From Planctomycetota bacterium (lineage in GTDB: Bacteria > Planctomycetota > JAJSAM01 > JAJVHW01): a DNA stretch of 64,000 nt. A program made the position numbers and the translations under genes. The notes beneath the pieces were generated by a model, which was not told the DNA's origin, searched no databases, and saw nothing but the letters and a program-made list of their open reading frames with translations. The DNA lies in the NCBI GenBank assembly GCA_965248445.1, contig CBDFJG010000004.1:192001-256000 (forward strand), written 5' to 3'. Of the stretch, positions 23,771 to 33,744 are shown one piece after another; position 1 is the first letter of the stretch, and the number at the start of each line of letters is the position of its first letter.

Positions 23771-25551
23771 GTCCGCACGACGAAGTCGCCCTCGAAGAGG
23801 AGTTCGCGCGCAAGCCGCTCGAACGCAAGAACCTGCGCCGCCTGCTCGCGTACTTGAAGCCGCACATGCCGCGGCTCTACCTCGCCATGGGTCTTGAGAT
23901 CGTCTGGGTGTCCAGCATGCTCGTGGACCTGCGCCTGATGCGGCTCGCTGCCGGTGGCCCGGTCGAGGCAGGCGACGTGCCCGGCACCTGGGTGCTCGCC
24001 GGATGGATGGCCGCGAACATCGTGCTGCGCGTGTTCCTCACGATCTGGGAACTCGGCATCTCGGTGTCGACGGGCATCGAGGTCGTGCACACGATTCGCA
24101 AGGAGGTGTTCGATCACGTCCAGCGGCTGTCGATGCGGTACTTCGACCGCACGAAGCAGGGCCGCATCATCGCCCGCATTGATCGCGACGTGGAGACCCT
24201 CGAGCAACTCGTGATCTGGGCACCGATCGTGGTCGTCAGCCTGACGTTCAGCGTGATCTTCGCGATGACGATGATCGTCGCCACGAGTCCGCGCTTGCTT
24301 CTGTTCGTGCTCCCGGCGATCCCGGTGATGTGGGGTCTGACGCGGCTGTTCCAGAGACTCGGCTTCCCGCCCTACCGGCGCCAACGCGAGTCCAGCTCAC
24401 GCATCTCCGCTCATGTCGCGGAGACGATCACGGGCGTCCGGGTCGTCAAGGCGTTCGGCGCCGAGGACCGCGAGCTCGCGCGGCTCGAGGACATGCCGAC
24501 GACGTACCGCCGGGCCGTGCTCGACGGTGCGCGGGTGGCCGGCTCGTACCTTCCGGCCGTCGCTCTCACGTTCAACGCGGTGCTGATCGGCATCCTGATC
24601 GTCGGCGGCCTGCAGATCGTGGACGGAACCCTGGACGTCGCGGCGCTGCTCGAGATGGCGTTCCTGATCGGCTTCGTGCTGGGGCCGGTCGAGGGACTCG
24701 GCGGGCTGTACAACGACTCGCTCGTCGCCGGAGCGGCGGCGGAGCGGATCTTCCTGCTGCTCGACACGGAGCCGGAGGTCATGGACCGTCCGAACGCGCT
24801 GGATCCCGGCCGGCTGCGCGGGGAGGTGGAGTTCGACGGCGTGTCGTTCTCCTACGACCCGAAAGCGAACGCAGGGCGGCAGCTCCACGACGTCACATTC
24901 CGCGTGCCGGCCGGCCAGACCACGGCGCTGGTCGGTCCCACGGGCGCAGGGAAGACGTCGATCACCAACCTCGTCGCGCGCTTCTACGAGGCGCAGGAGG
25001 GGGTGGTCCGCATCGACGGACACGACGTGCGTGACCTGAAAGCGGAGGCGCTGCACCGGCAGATGGGAATTGTCCTGCAGGAGAGCTTCCTCTTCGCCGG
25101 CAGCGTGCTCGACAACCTGCGATTCGTGCGCGAGGAACTGACGGCGCAGGAGGCCGTGGACGCGTTCGCCGCGCTCGGGTGCGAGGAGATCCTGGCCCGC
25201 TTCGCCGACGGCGTCGACACGGACGTCGGCGAACGCGGAGCCAATCTCTCCGAGGGCGAGCGGCAGATCGTGTGCTTCGTGCGCGCGCTTCTCGGCGAGC
25301 CGTCGATCCTCGTCCTCGACGAGGCGACGAGTGCCGTCGACACGCGCACCGAGCGGCTCATCCTGCTGGCGCTGCACAGGCTGGCGGAACGGCAGACGAC
25401 CTTCGTCATCGCCCACCGTCTGTCCACGATCCGGGATGCCGACCGCATCCTGGTCGTGCAAGAGGGCCGCGTGGTCGAGGAAGGCCGTCACGCGGACCTT
25501 CTCGCGCTCGAGGGAGCGTACGCCGCGTTGTACGCCGAGTACGCGGCCTAG
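23767..25551 (+). CDS. ABC exporter (TMD+NBD), heterodimer subunit 2
   Basis: GPTGAGKT, LSEGERQ, LVLDEATS, IAHRLST; GTG start overlaps the upstream TGA. Confidence 0.93.
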   Translation: MSPHDEVALEEEFARKPLERKNLRRLLAYLKPHMPRLYLAMGLEIVWVSSMLVDLRLMRLAAGGPVEAGDVPGTWVLAGWMAANIVLRVFLTIWELGISVSTGIEVVHTIRKEVFDHVQRLSMRYFDRTKQGRIIARIDRDVETLEQLVIWAPIVVVSLTFSVIFAMTMIVATSPRLLLFVLPAIPVMWGLTRLFQRLGFPPYRRQRESSSRISAHVAETITGVRVVKAFGAEDRELARLEDMPTTYRRAVLDGARVAGSYLPAVALTFNAVLIGILIVGGLQIVDGTLDVAALLEMAFLIGFVLGPVEGLGGLYNDSLVAGAAAERIFLLLDTEPEVMDRPNALDPGRLRGEVEFDGVSFSYDPKANAGRQLHDVTFRVPAGQTTALVGPTGAGKTSITNLVARFYEAQEGVVRIDGHDVRDLKAEALHRQMGIVLQESFLFAGSVLDNLRFVREELTAQEAVDAFAALGCEEILARFADGVDTDVGERGANLSEGERQIVCFVRALLGEPSILVLDEATSAVDTRTERLILLALHRLAERQTTFVIAHRLSTIRDADRILVVQEGRVVEEGRHADLLALEGAYAALYAEYAA

Positions 25552-25712
25552 CAGCGAGTGGGCCGGCGGCCTACGCAGTCGGGTGCGCGCACTCTCCGGC
25601 GGACGAACCTACCCACGCCCCATACCGGACCCGGCCGCCGGTGCAGCGCGCCCGGCAGGAACATCGATCGTTGCGCCGATCCGTGCCTTCCTCAGATAGG
25701 CTCCCGGCAGAC

Positions 25713-27059
25713 ATGCAGGACGCGCGCGCGACCCATCTGCACCAGGCCGTCGTCCTGCTCGCAGTCGTCACCGCGGCGGCGCTCACTCTCCCGTTCCTGC
25801 CCACCCGGTCACTTGGCACGGACGAGATCAACAGCCTGTACATGGCCGGCCACTTCGATGCGGCCCTGGCCGACTCGAACATGCTTCTCTACTACGGCGG
25901 CCTCCGCATCTGGAGTGTGATCGGCACCGGTGAGTTCGCGCTGCTGACGATCCCCGTCGTCTTCTCGGTAGCTCGGCGCCTGCACGGTGCGCCGGCCGCG
26001 GCGTTCGCAGCGGTGCTGCTCGCGACGAACGTGTTCTTCCTGCGCTACGCGCAGGAGGTCCGGAGCTACAGCCTGTTTCTGCTACTGGCGTCATTCTCCG
26101 TGCTGCTGCTGCTCCGGGCTCTGGACAGCCCCACTCCCCGCAAGTGGTGTGCGCTCGGCGTCGTCACGGCCGCGGCCGTGTACGCGCACTTCTTCGCGAT
26201 CCTGCTGATACCGGTGCACGCGCTGATCACGATGCTCAGCCCGTCCACGGCTGCGCGAGGCAGGTCGATCGCGATCGGAGTCGCGGTGACGGCAGCACTC
26301 GTCGCCCCGATCGCGTTCCTGACTCCGCTGGGCGCCGAGCAGATCGCATGGATTCAGCCGCCGTCGCCGACGGAGCTGATCGGTGTGCCCCGCCGTCTCG
26401 CGGGAGGTCGCGTCTTGCTGGTCCTCATGGCGTCGCTCGCGGCTTGGGGAGGGTTTTGCGCCGCGCGCCACGAGCGCACCGCGATGCGCGGGGTGCTCGC
26501 GTGCGCTGCGTGGTTCGCGGTGCCGATCCTTGTCGCGTTCGCGTTCTCCCGCCTCTTCAATCCGGTGTTCTCCGACCGCTATCTCATCCTGAGCCTGCCC
26601 GCGATGGTGATCCTGGCCGCCGCCGGAGTCGCGCGCTTGCCCGGGGCACCGCTGCGCGGCGTCGCGCTGCTCGCACTGGTTGCCGGGTCCGCCTGGTCGA
26701 TCGACGACGCGTACCCGGAGCCGGAGGACTGGCGGGGCGCAACGAGTCTTCTGCTCGCGGAGGCACAACAGGGTGACGCCGTGGTGTTCGCTGCGGGGCG
26801 CGGAGTCCGTCAGCTCGACTATCACATGCAGCGTCACGATCCGGAGCGCGGTGACGGCCCCGGGATCATTGCGAGTGGACCGCTACCGTCGGCTCCGCGC
26901 GTCTGGTTCGTCGTCCCCGAGGTCGGTGTGCACGCCCCCCCGAACGCGGCTGCGACCGCAGCCATGCGGGAGCGGCTGGCGGCGACCCGCGCGCGATCCG
27001 CGATCCATCGCGTCGCCGGCGTGACCCTCGAGGTGTACGGGGCGCTCGACGAGCGCTGA
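25713..27059 (+). CDS. GT-C fold membrane glycosyltransferase (GT39/PMT-like)
   Basis: SLGTDE loop, YAQEVRSYS, YAHFFA and DRYLI motifs; many TM helices. Confidence 0.82.
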   Translation: MQDARATHLHQAVVLLAVVTAAALTLPFLPTRSLGTDEINSLYMAGHFDAALADSNMLLYYGGLRIWSVIGTGEFALLTIPVVFSVARRLHGAPAAAFAAVLLATNVFFLRYAQEVRSYSLFLLLASFSVLLLLRALDSPTPRKWCALGVVTAAAVYAHFFAILLIPVHALITMLSPSTAARGRSIAIGVAVTAALVAPIAFLTPLGAEQIAWIQPPSPTELIGVPRRLAGGRVLLVLMASLAAWGGFCAARHERTAMRGVLACAAWFAVPILVAFAFSRLFNPVFSDRYLILSLPAMVILAAAGVARLPGAPLRGVALLALVAGSAWSIDDAYPEPEDWRGATSLLLAEAQQGDAVVFAAGRGVRQLDYHMQRHDPERGDGPGIIASGPLPSAPRVWFVVPEVGVHAPPNAAATAAMRERLAATRARSAIHRVAGVTLEVYGALDER

Positions 27060-27095
27060 CCGCTGACGCGCCTTGGCGTCAGTCGGCCAGTGACG

Positions 27096-28067
27096 TCAAT
27101 CGATCTGTCCCAGGTACCACTTCTTGAACCGTTCGAGCCCGACTGCAAGCGATGTCGTCGGCTCGTAGTTCAGTGCCGCGCGCGGCAGGGTCACGTCCGC
27201 GCAGGTGAGCGGCACGTCACCGGGCTGGTCCGGCATGCGATCGAGGACCGCGTCGACGCCCCACAGGTTCTCCAGCGCCCTCACGAGCCCATCGAGGGAG
27301 ACCGTCTCGCTGTTGCCGAGGTTGTAGACGCTGTACCCGCTGCCGGGGCAGCACTCGACCGCGCGGACCACGCCGTGCACGATGTCGTCGATGTACGTGT
27401 GGTCGCGGCGCATGGACCCGTCGCCGTAGAACGGGAGCGGTTCGCCGGCGAGCATCAGCTTCGTGAACTTGTGAATGGCCATGTCCGGCCTCTGCCGGGG
27501 ACCATACGCGTTGAAGAATCGCAGTGACGTCACGTCCATGCCGAACAGGCGCGCGTACATGCGGCCGATCGCCTCGGCGCACTGCTTCGTCGCAGCGTAC
27601 GGCGAGAGTGCCGGTGCTGGCGGATCGGATTCGCGGAACGGCGGATCGCTGCGCGCGCCATAGACGGACGACGACGACGCCTGCACGAAGGCGCGCACGC
27701 CTGCCGTGCGCGCGCTCTCGAGCAGGACCGTCGTGCCGCGCACGTTCACGTCCACGTACTCGGCGGGAGCAGCGATCGACGGGCGCACGCCGGCCTTCGC
27801 AGCCAGGTGCACGACATCGACGACGCCGTGCTCCGCGAGCAGGCGCCGCACGAGCTCGGCGTCGCGGATGTCGCCTTCCACGAACGTGAAGCCCGCGTGT
27901 TCTCCGAGTGCGCCGACGTTGCGCCGTTTGATCGCGACGTCGTAGTAGGGATCAAGATCGTCGAGACCGACGACGGCACGCCCGCCGCGAAGCAAGCGCT
28001 CGCTCACATGCGAGCCGATGAAGCCCGCCGCACCTGTCACGAGCACCGCGCCGACGTCGTCCGCCAT
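27096..28067 (-). CDS. NAD-dependent epimerase (UDP-glucuronate 4-epimerase-like)
   Basis: TGAAGFIG, HLAAKAGVRPS, ASSSSVYG, YAATK, GPRQRPDMA, QPGDV. Confidence 0.92.
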   Translation of the reverse strand: MADDVGAVLVTGAAGFIGSHVSERLLRGGRAVVGLDDLDPYYDVAIKRRNVGALGEHAGFTFVEGDIRDAELVRRLLAEHGVVDVVHLAAKAGVRPSIAAPAEYVDVNVRGTTVLLESARTAGVRAFVQASSSSVYGARSDPPFRESDPPAPALSPYAATKQCAEAIGRMYARLFGMDVTSLRFFNAYGPRQRPDMAIHKFTKLMLAGEPLPFYGDGSMRRDHTYIDDIVHGVVRAVECCPGSGYSVYNLGNSETVSLDGLVRALENLWGVDAVLDRMPDQPGDVPLTCADVTLPRAALNYEPTTSLAVGLERFKKWYLGQID

Positions 28068-28129
28068 GGCGGCGGTTCTACTCGACGCGTGCCTCGTGAA
28101 CCCGGTCTTGCGGGGGCGCGCCGGCCCGG

Positions 28130-29389
28130 TCACCCATCGCCGCGCTGGCTCTGGTACCGGCGTGCCAGCACGATCATCAGCCCGCAGCGCACGATCAGAG
28201 CCGCGCTCAGCGCTGCAGCGGCGCCAACGGGGCCGTAGTGCGGCACCGCCCACCAGGTCCCGCCTGCGGCAATCACGAGGGCTGCCGCGGAGACCGCGGT
28301 CGTCGCCGGCAGCCGGTCGCGCAGCAGCAGGACGTAGCCCGTCACCGCGCTCGCGCCGTGTGCCAGCACACCGGGCAGCAGCGCAATCGCGACCGGGACC
28401 GCGTCGCTGTACCGGCCGTTTCTGACGAGCGGCAGCAGCCAGGCCAGGAGCCCGGCATAGACCACGAGCCCGAGCGCGCCGACGACCAGGAACTCACGCT
28501 GTAGGCGGTGGTGGCGCCGCTGCATCGTCTCGGGCCGCTGGGCCAGCCGCGGGTACGCGGCCTGCGAGTACGCCTCGGGCAGCGCGATGAGCGGCAGCGT
28601 GAGCGCCATGGCCGAGTAGAGCTGGCCGACGGCGTCGAGATCGGCTCCGCGCACTTCGGCGATGCGCAGGATGACGATCAACCGGGCCGTCTCGACGGCG
28701 AACAGCCTCATCTGCGCGCGCCCGACGTTGAACACCGGCGCGAAGAGACCCCAGCGCGGCCGAGTCGCGCCGCCGTTCTCTGGCCTTCCGAACACGAGGG
28801 CGGCGACCGCGCACAGGAACGCGGCGGCGACGCTCCACTTGACGAGTCCGTCCAGAGAGTCGTAGAACGCGCCGGCTGCGGCGGCGACAAGCATCGTGAC
28901 ACGGACCGCCGCCTCGATCGTGGCCTTGCGGCGCAGCCGGTTCGCTGCATGCAACGAGGCGAGCAGGAGCGCAATCGCGACCAGCGCAGGGACGCGCAGG
29001 GAGTACGGCCCGACGAAGCTCGCCGCGGTCAGTTCGCCGGTGATCACGCGCGAGACCGCCGGCAGCCCCCAGATGCACGCCACGACCAGTGCGGAGCAGA
29101 GCAGCGCCGCCACCAGCGCAGTTGTGAGGAGCGACGACGCCTCGTCTTTGCGCTTCGGCATCACGCGCAGCAGTCCGGTCGCCAGCCCCAGCCCGGCGAT
29201 CACGGTGGCCCAGCGGATGGTCTCGTTGAGGATCCCGAACGCGCCGAAGTCGGCGGGGTCCAATGCGATCAAGAGGGCCGGCCGCTGCAGGAGCCCGACC
29301 GCAAGGATGGCAGCCTGAGCCCCGAGCAGGGGAACCGCCGCCCGCCAGAGGCGAACGAGTTCGAAGCGAACCGGAACGTCGCTGGCCAT
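28130..29389 (-). CDS. Polysaccharide flippase (Wzx/MATE-like)
   Basis: About 12 hydrophobic segments; LDPADFGAF near the N-terminus and VPHYGPVGAAAA near the C-terminus; next to the epimerase. Confidence 0.8.
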   Translation of the reverse strand: MASDVPVRFELVRLWRAAVPLLGAQAAILAVGLLQRPALLIALDPADFGAFGILNETIRWATVIAGLGLATGLLRVMPKRKDEASSLLTTALVAALLCSALVVACIWGLPAVSRVITGELTAASFVGPYSLRVPALVAIALLLASLHAANRLRRKATIEAAVRVTMLVAAAAGAFYDSLDGLVKWSVAAAFLCAVAALVFGRPENGGATRPRWGLFAPVFNVGRAQMRLFAVETARLIVILRIAEVRGADLDAVGQLYSAMALTLPLIALPEAYSQAAYPRLAQRPETMQRRHHRLQREFLVVGALGLVVYAGLLAWLLPLVRNGRYSDAVPVAIALLPGVLAHGASAVTGYVLLLRDRLPATTAVSAAALVIAAGGTWWAVPHYGPVGAAAALSAALIVRCGLMIVLARRYQSQRGDG

Positions 29390-29556
29390 CGCGTCAGCCC
29401 GCCGCGCCGGCTCCCACAGAACGCGCCGGGCGCTCGGAACCAGCCAGGCCCTCGGAACCCGGCAGCGTCGTGCACCAGACGGGTCCTGCGCGCACCGGCC
29501 CTCCTCCGAAGCCGCCGCGGCGACGCGCCCGGAGGCGGGCGCTGCAAAGCAGCGCG

Positions 29557-29634
29557 TGGTACCCCTACGGGGATTTGAACCCCGGTCTCGGCCTTGAGAG
29601 GGCCGCGTCCTAGGCCAGACTAGACGATAGGGGC
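29557..29634 (-). tRNA. tRNA-Glu (anticodon CTC)
   Basis: Reverse complement GCCCCTATCGTCTAGTCTGGCCTAGGACGCGGCCCTCTCAAGGCCGAGACCGGGGTTCAAATCCCCGTAGGGGTACCA: acceptor stem, anticodon arm CGGCC-CT-CTC-AA-GGCCG, T loop GTTCAAATC, encoded CCA. Confidence 0.97.
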
Positions 29635-29728
29635 ACCGTCAGATCGTTCGAGCCCGGCATTCTGGATGCCTGCACGAGCCGGTCAAGAAATCGGTTCTGA
29701 CGATCGCTCCCGCGAGGACGATCTGCGC

Positions 29729-30151
29729 GTGATACAGCATCAAATCGAGCTGAGCGTCGCCACCGGAGGCCGCGGCCTTCACGAGGTGACGAGCGAGGTC
29801 GCGGGGGCCGTCGCGGCCTCTGGGATCACGACCGGCATGGCCGTGGTGTTCTGCCGTCACACGTCGTGTTCGCTCGTCATTCAGGAGAATGCGGACCCGA
29901 GCGCCCGCCGCGACCTGGAACGCTGGCTGGAGCGGCTGGCCCCCGACGGCGACCCGGCGTACACACACACGGCCGAGGGCCCCGACGACATGCCGTCGCA
30001 CCTGCGCGCGGCGATCACGAAGACGTCTGAGACGATTCCGATCAGCGGCGGCCGGCTGGCACTCGGAACCTGGCAGGGTCTCTTCCTCGCCGAGCACCGG
30101 ACACGGCCGCACCGGCGGCGGCTGATCGTGCACGTCACGGGGACGGCGTAG
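29729..30151 (+). CDS. yjbQ: YjbQ/UPF0047 family protein
   Basis: HTSCSLVIQENADP, HTAEGPDDMPSH, LGTWQG motifs. Confidence 0.93.
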   Translation: MIQHQIELSVATGGRGLHEVTSEVAGAVAASGITTGMAVVFCRHTSCSLVIQENADPSARRDLERWLERLAPDGDPAYTHTAEGPDDMPSHLRAAITKTSETIPISGGRLALGTWQGLFLAEHRTRPHRRRLIVHVTGTA

Positions 30152-31169
30152 TAGCGGCCTCCTGCGGCCACGGGAGTTTCGCGACCCGCCGACGCTTGCG
30201 CAGCAACCGCAGGATCGGCAGCCGGAACAACACCCCGCGACGTGCGCGGTCGAGCGTCTCCCCGTCGTCGATGCGGTAGTACTTCGCGGCGTAGAGCGCA
30301 GAGAGACCGTCCCGGGCGACGGGCGAGCGGTCGCGCAGACCGCGCCACGCCCATCGAACAGCGGCGGCGATCTCCGGGAGCACGTGCCGCCCCCACTGCT
30401 GACGCAGATCAATGTAGAGCTGCGTCGCAAGCAACCGCAGCGACGCAAGCACGCTCCACGGCGCGGGGTACAGGCGCCACGTCACGTATTGCAGATGCGA
30501 GTACCCCGTCGAGATCAACTCGCGCCAGTGTTCGTCGGTCTTGTCCACGTGGTGGTGAAAGACGAGATCGGGGACGTGGCGGATCGCCCAGCCCGCGCCG
30601 TACAGCCGCACCGCGAGGCCGAACTCCTCGCTCGGTCCGGTGAAAGCCTCGATGTAGCCACCGCACTCACGGAAAGCGGCAGCGCGCATCAGGCACGCGC
30701 CGCCTGCAAAACCGTCGTGGTAGCAGCTGTACGGGACCGGTCCGAGGGAGCGCGCCCAGCCCGTCGGTTCGTCGAGCTCGGCGTCGTAGATCGCCATGCT
30801 CACCATGCCCGCCCGGGGATCGGACTCGAGGCCTTCGATCAGGCGCGTGAGTGTGTCAGTGGCGCGGATCTCTCCGTCGTCGTCGAGGAACAGCCAGTAG
30901 CGACCCTCCGCCGGCTCCGTCACGCGATTCCTGCCGGGCGCTGATCCGATGTTGTCGGGCAGTTCGATCAGGTGCACGTCCGGGTAGGCGTCGCGTACGA
31001 AGGATGCCGTGTCGGCGCAACCGTTGGCGAGCACGATGATCTCCGTGCGCGTGTGATCCTGCGCGCAGACTGAGTCGAGGCAGCGGCGCAGCCAAGCGGT
31101 CCGCCCCCGCGAGAGGATCAGAACGCTGACGAGCGGAGCCTCGCCAGTCGCGCCGCCCGGCTCACTCAC
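30135..31169 (-). CDS. Glycosyltransferase family 2
   Basis: VSVLILS...CLDSV, NIGSAPGRN, FLDDD (DxD) and GGACLMR motifs. Confidence 0.9.
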   Translation of the reverse strand: MSEPGGATGEAPLVSVLILSRGRTAWLRRCLDSVCAQDHTRTEIIVLANGCADTASFVRDAYPDVHLIELPDNIGSAPGRNRVTEPAEGRYWLFLDDDGEIRATDTLTRLIEGLESDPRAGMVSMAIYDAELDEPTGWARSLGPVPYSCYHDGFAGGACLMRAAAFRECGGYIEAFTGPSEEFGLAVRLYGAGWAIRHVPDLVFHHHVDKTDEHWRELISTGYSHLQYVTWRLYPAPWSVLASLRLLATQLYIDLRQQWGRHVLPEIAAAVRWAWRGLRDRSPVARDGLSALYAAKYYRIDDGETLDRARRGVLFRLPILRLLRKRRRVAKLPWPQEAATTPSP

Positions 31170-31183
31170 GCCGCCGGGCTCTC

Positions 31184-32596
31184 TCAGTCATCTGCGTCGG
31201 GCGCCGCCTCGGACGCGGCGCGCAGGCGCTCGAGCGAGACATCGCGACCGAAGATCTCCATGACGTCGAAGATCGGCGGCGAGACCGTTCCCCCGGTCAG
31301 AGCGACGCGGGCAGGCTGCCCGACGTGCTTCATCTTGAGCTCGCGCTCCTCGAGAAACGCCTGCGTCGCCGTCTCGAGCTCCGGCGCTCGGAACGGTTCG
31401 ACCGCACCGAGTTTGTCCGCCAGTTCGGCGAGATGCGCGCGTGCCTCCGCCTTCAGGAACTTGCGCGCCGCCTTCTCCTCGTACGTGACGGGTCCGCGAT
31501 CTGCGAACAGGGACAGGCCCTCCGCGACCTCGACGAACGTCTTCGCCCGTTCCTGCACGGCCACGACTGCGCGTGGCAGCCATGGTGCGTCGGCCGGTAC
31601 GCCGTGGGCGGCGAAGAACGGCTCGGAACGCTCGAGCAGCACCATCGGCGCCAACTCCCGGATGCGTCGCCCGTTCTGCCAGTCGAGCTTCTTGTGGTCG
31701 AAGATCGCCGCGCTCGGCCGGACGTCCGCGATGTCGAAGAGTGACGTCAACTCGTCGACGGTGAATTCTTCCTGGTCGCCGTGGCTCCAGCCCAGGCGAG
31801 CGAGGAAAGACAGCATCGTGTCGGGCAGGTAGCCGAGCACCTGGAACTGCAGGATCGATGACGCGCCGTGGCGCTTGGACAGCTTCTTACCGTCGGGGCC
31901 GTGCACCATCGGCAGATGCGCGAAGCGGGGCGGCTCGGCGCCGAGCAGCCGGTACAGATGCATCTGCTTCGGGGTGTTGTTCAGGTGGTCGTCGCCGCGG
32001 ATCACGTGCGTGATGCGCATGTCGACGTCGTCCACCACGACGGTGAAGTTGTAGACCGGTGAGCCGTCGGTGCGCGCCAGGATGAAGTCGTCGAACTGGT
32101 CGTTTCGAACCACCACGCGCCCCTTGACGAGGTCCTCGATGACCACCTCGCCGTCGATCGGCAGCCGTGCACGCACGACGCACGGCGGATCCGCGGAGGG
32201 AGCGGCCGTCAGATCGCGGCAGGTGCGCTCGTACCGGTACGGCTTCTTCTCGCGTTGGAACGCTTCGCGCCGCTCCTGCAAGTGCTCTTTCGAGCAATAG
32301 CACCGATACGCGCCACCGGACTCGAGGAGTTCCGCGAGCCGCGCCTTGTAGAGAGGCGTGCGCTGGCTCTGGAAGTACGGGCCCTCGTCGGGGGACATAC
32401 CGATCCAGGACATCCCCTCGAGGATCGAGCGCATGCTCTCGTCGCTCGAACGCTCGCGATCCGTGTCCTCGATCCGCAGTATGAACGTGCCGCCCTTCGC
32501 GCGGGCGTAGAGCCAGTTGAAGAGCGCCGAGCGGACTCCGCCGATGTGGAGATCACCGGTCGGGCTGGGGGCGAAGCGGACGCGTGGTGCGGACAA
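31184..32596 (-). CDS. gltX: Glutamate--tRNA ligase
   Basis: RFAPSPTG, HIGG (HIGH), RIEDTD, CYC zinc region, KLSKR (KMSKS), C-terminal anticodon-binding domain; TTG start with GGAG RBS. Confidence 0.97.
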   Translation of the reverse strand: MSAPRVRFAPSPTGDLHIGGVRSALFNWLYARAKGGTFILRIEDTDRERSSDESMRSILEGMSWIGMSPDEGPYFQSQRTPLYKARLAELLESGGAYRCYCSKEHLQERREAFQREKKPYRYERTCRDLTAAPSADPPCVVRARLPIDGEVVIEDLVKGRVVVRNDQFDDFILARTDGSPVYNFTVVVDDVDMRITHVIRGDDHLNNTPKQMHLYRLLGAEPPRFAHLPMVHGPDGKKLSKRHGASSILQFQVLGYLPDTMLSFLARLGWSHGDQEEFTVDELTSLFDIADVRPSAAIFDHKKLDWQNGRRIRELAPMVLLERSEPFFAAHGVPADAPWLPRAVVAVQERAKTFVEVAEGLSLFADRGPVTYEEKAARKFLKAEARAHLAELADKLGAVEPFRAPELETATQAFLEERELKMKHVGQPARVALTGGTVSPPIFDVMEIFGRDVSLERLRAASEAAPDADD

Positions 32597-32689
32597 CGGG
32601 GAGTCTCCTGGGTCGAGCCCCAGAGGATGCCACGGCCGCCTAGCAGCGCGTTGAACAACTCTGTGGGCCGGAGGCGGGGATTCCCGGCG

Positions 32690-33109
32690 TCAGCGCGACA
32701 GGATGAACGCGAGGCCGGTGCCCATCGCCATCAGGGCGAAGAGGACCATCGCGACACGGAGGCCCACCTGATTGGGAGTCGTGCCGTACCACGACCGGTA
32801 GGGGTCGCCGTCCCGGCTCATGTCCATCTTGCGCTCGTCGGTGCCGCGCTTCAGCCGCAGCCGTGCGTCATCGAACTTCTCGACCAGTTCCCAGCCGAAG
32901 AGGGACTCCTGCTCGAGCGCCTCCGCCAGCCGCTCCGGCTTCTTGAACGCGGAGGTGCCCGAGCGCAGGAACTTGAACTCCCAGCCTTCCAGGTCCTCGG
33001 GCCGATAGCCGGACATCTTCTCCTCCTCCGCGTCCGCACGCCGCTTCGCAGCGGCGGCGGCTGCCGCCGCTGCCACACCTGCGGCCGCACCTGCGTTCAT
33101 GATCGCCAC
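32690..33109 (-). CDS. Small membrane protein, DUF4177-like
   Basis: WEFKFL...GWELV motif, C-terminal TM helix, poly-Ala N-terminus; GGAGG upstream. Confidence 0.7.
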   Translation of the reverse strand: MAIMNAGAAAGVAAAAAAAAAKRRADAEEEKMSGYRPEDLEGWEFKFLRSGTSAFKKPERLAEALEQESLFGWELVEKFDDARLRLKRGTDERKMDMSRDGDPYRSWYGTTPNQVGLRVAMVLFALMAMGTGLAFILSR

Positions 33110-33184
33110 TGCGTCGCCTCCTGAGGGTCCAACCGGGGAAACGGTACGCGGTTCGGAGGGCGCTGGCGCGGGCGCTGGCGCCGC

Positions 33185-33673
33185 TCAGAAGTCCGGCTGG
33201 ATGTTCACGAGACGCCAGTTGTTGTCGAGCCCCTTCTGCATCTTCGCGATGAACTTGATCGTGCTGCCCACGCGCTCGGCATCCGGTCCCTGGAAGCGGA
33301 CGTGTGCGACGTTCACCTGGCCGAGAATCTCCACGGTGCCGGCGTCGAGGGCGGCTCGCACCGCGGGGTTGTCCTTCAGCTCCGACATCTCCTCGACCAC
33401 GCCGATCGCCTCGTAGAGTCGGTCGTCGAACACGCGCTTCTCCGCGGTGCTCGCATCGCGATAGGAGGACGCGGCCGGATCCTCGTTCCCCTGCAGCCAC
33501 TCTGCCGTGTCCGCGTACATCAGGAGCTGAGGGAGGTTGCGCGCGGTCAGGGCGTTGTACGCCGCGTCGCGTACGGCGTCCTTGTCGGCGCTGCCGCCGC
33601 CGCCGCCGCCGCAAGCGGTGAGTCCGCTCAGCGACACCGCGAGTACTCCGAGCAGCAGAATCAGAACGCGCAT
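33185..33673 (-). CDS. Hypothetical lipoprotein
   Basis: GGAGGTGAG RBS, MRVLILLLGVLAVSLSGLTA-C lipobox, Gly linker. Confidence 0.78.
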   Translation of the reverse strand: MRVLILLLGVLAVSLSGLTACGGGGGGSADKDAVRDAAYNALTARNLPQLLMYADTAEWLQGNEDPAASSYRDASTAEKRVFDDRLYEAIGVVEEMSELKDNPAVRAALDAGTVEILGQVNVAHVRFQGPDAERVGSTIKFIAKMQKGLDNNWRLVNIQPDF

Positions 33674-33744
33674 CTCACCTCCGTCCCGTCGAGACGGTAC
33701 GCACCCCGGGGTCGCGGAAGCGAGAGCCGTCCTCTCCGGAAGCC

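Noticed and set aside
25713..29634. Polysaccharide genes beside the tRNA-Glu 3' end as a possible integrated island
   Set aside because: No integrase, no duplicated tRNA 3' end noticed and no obvious composition shift.
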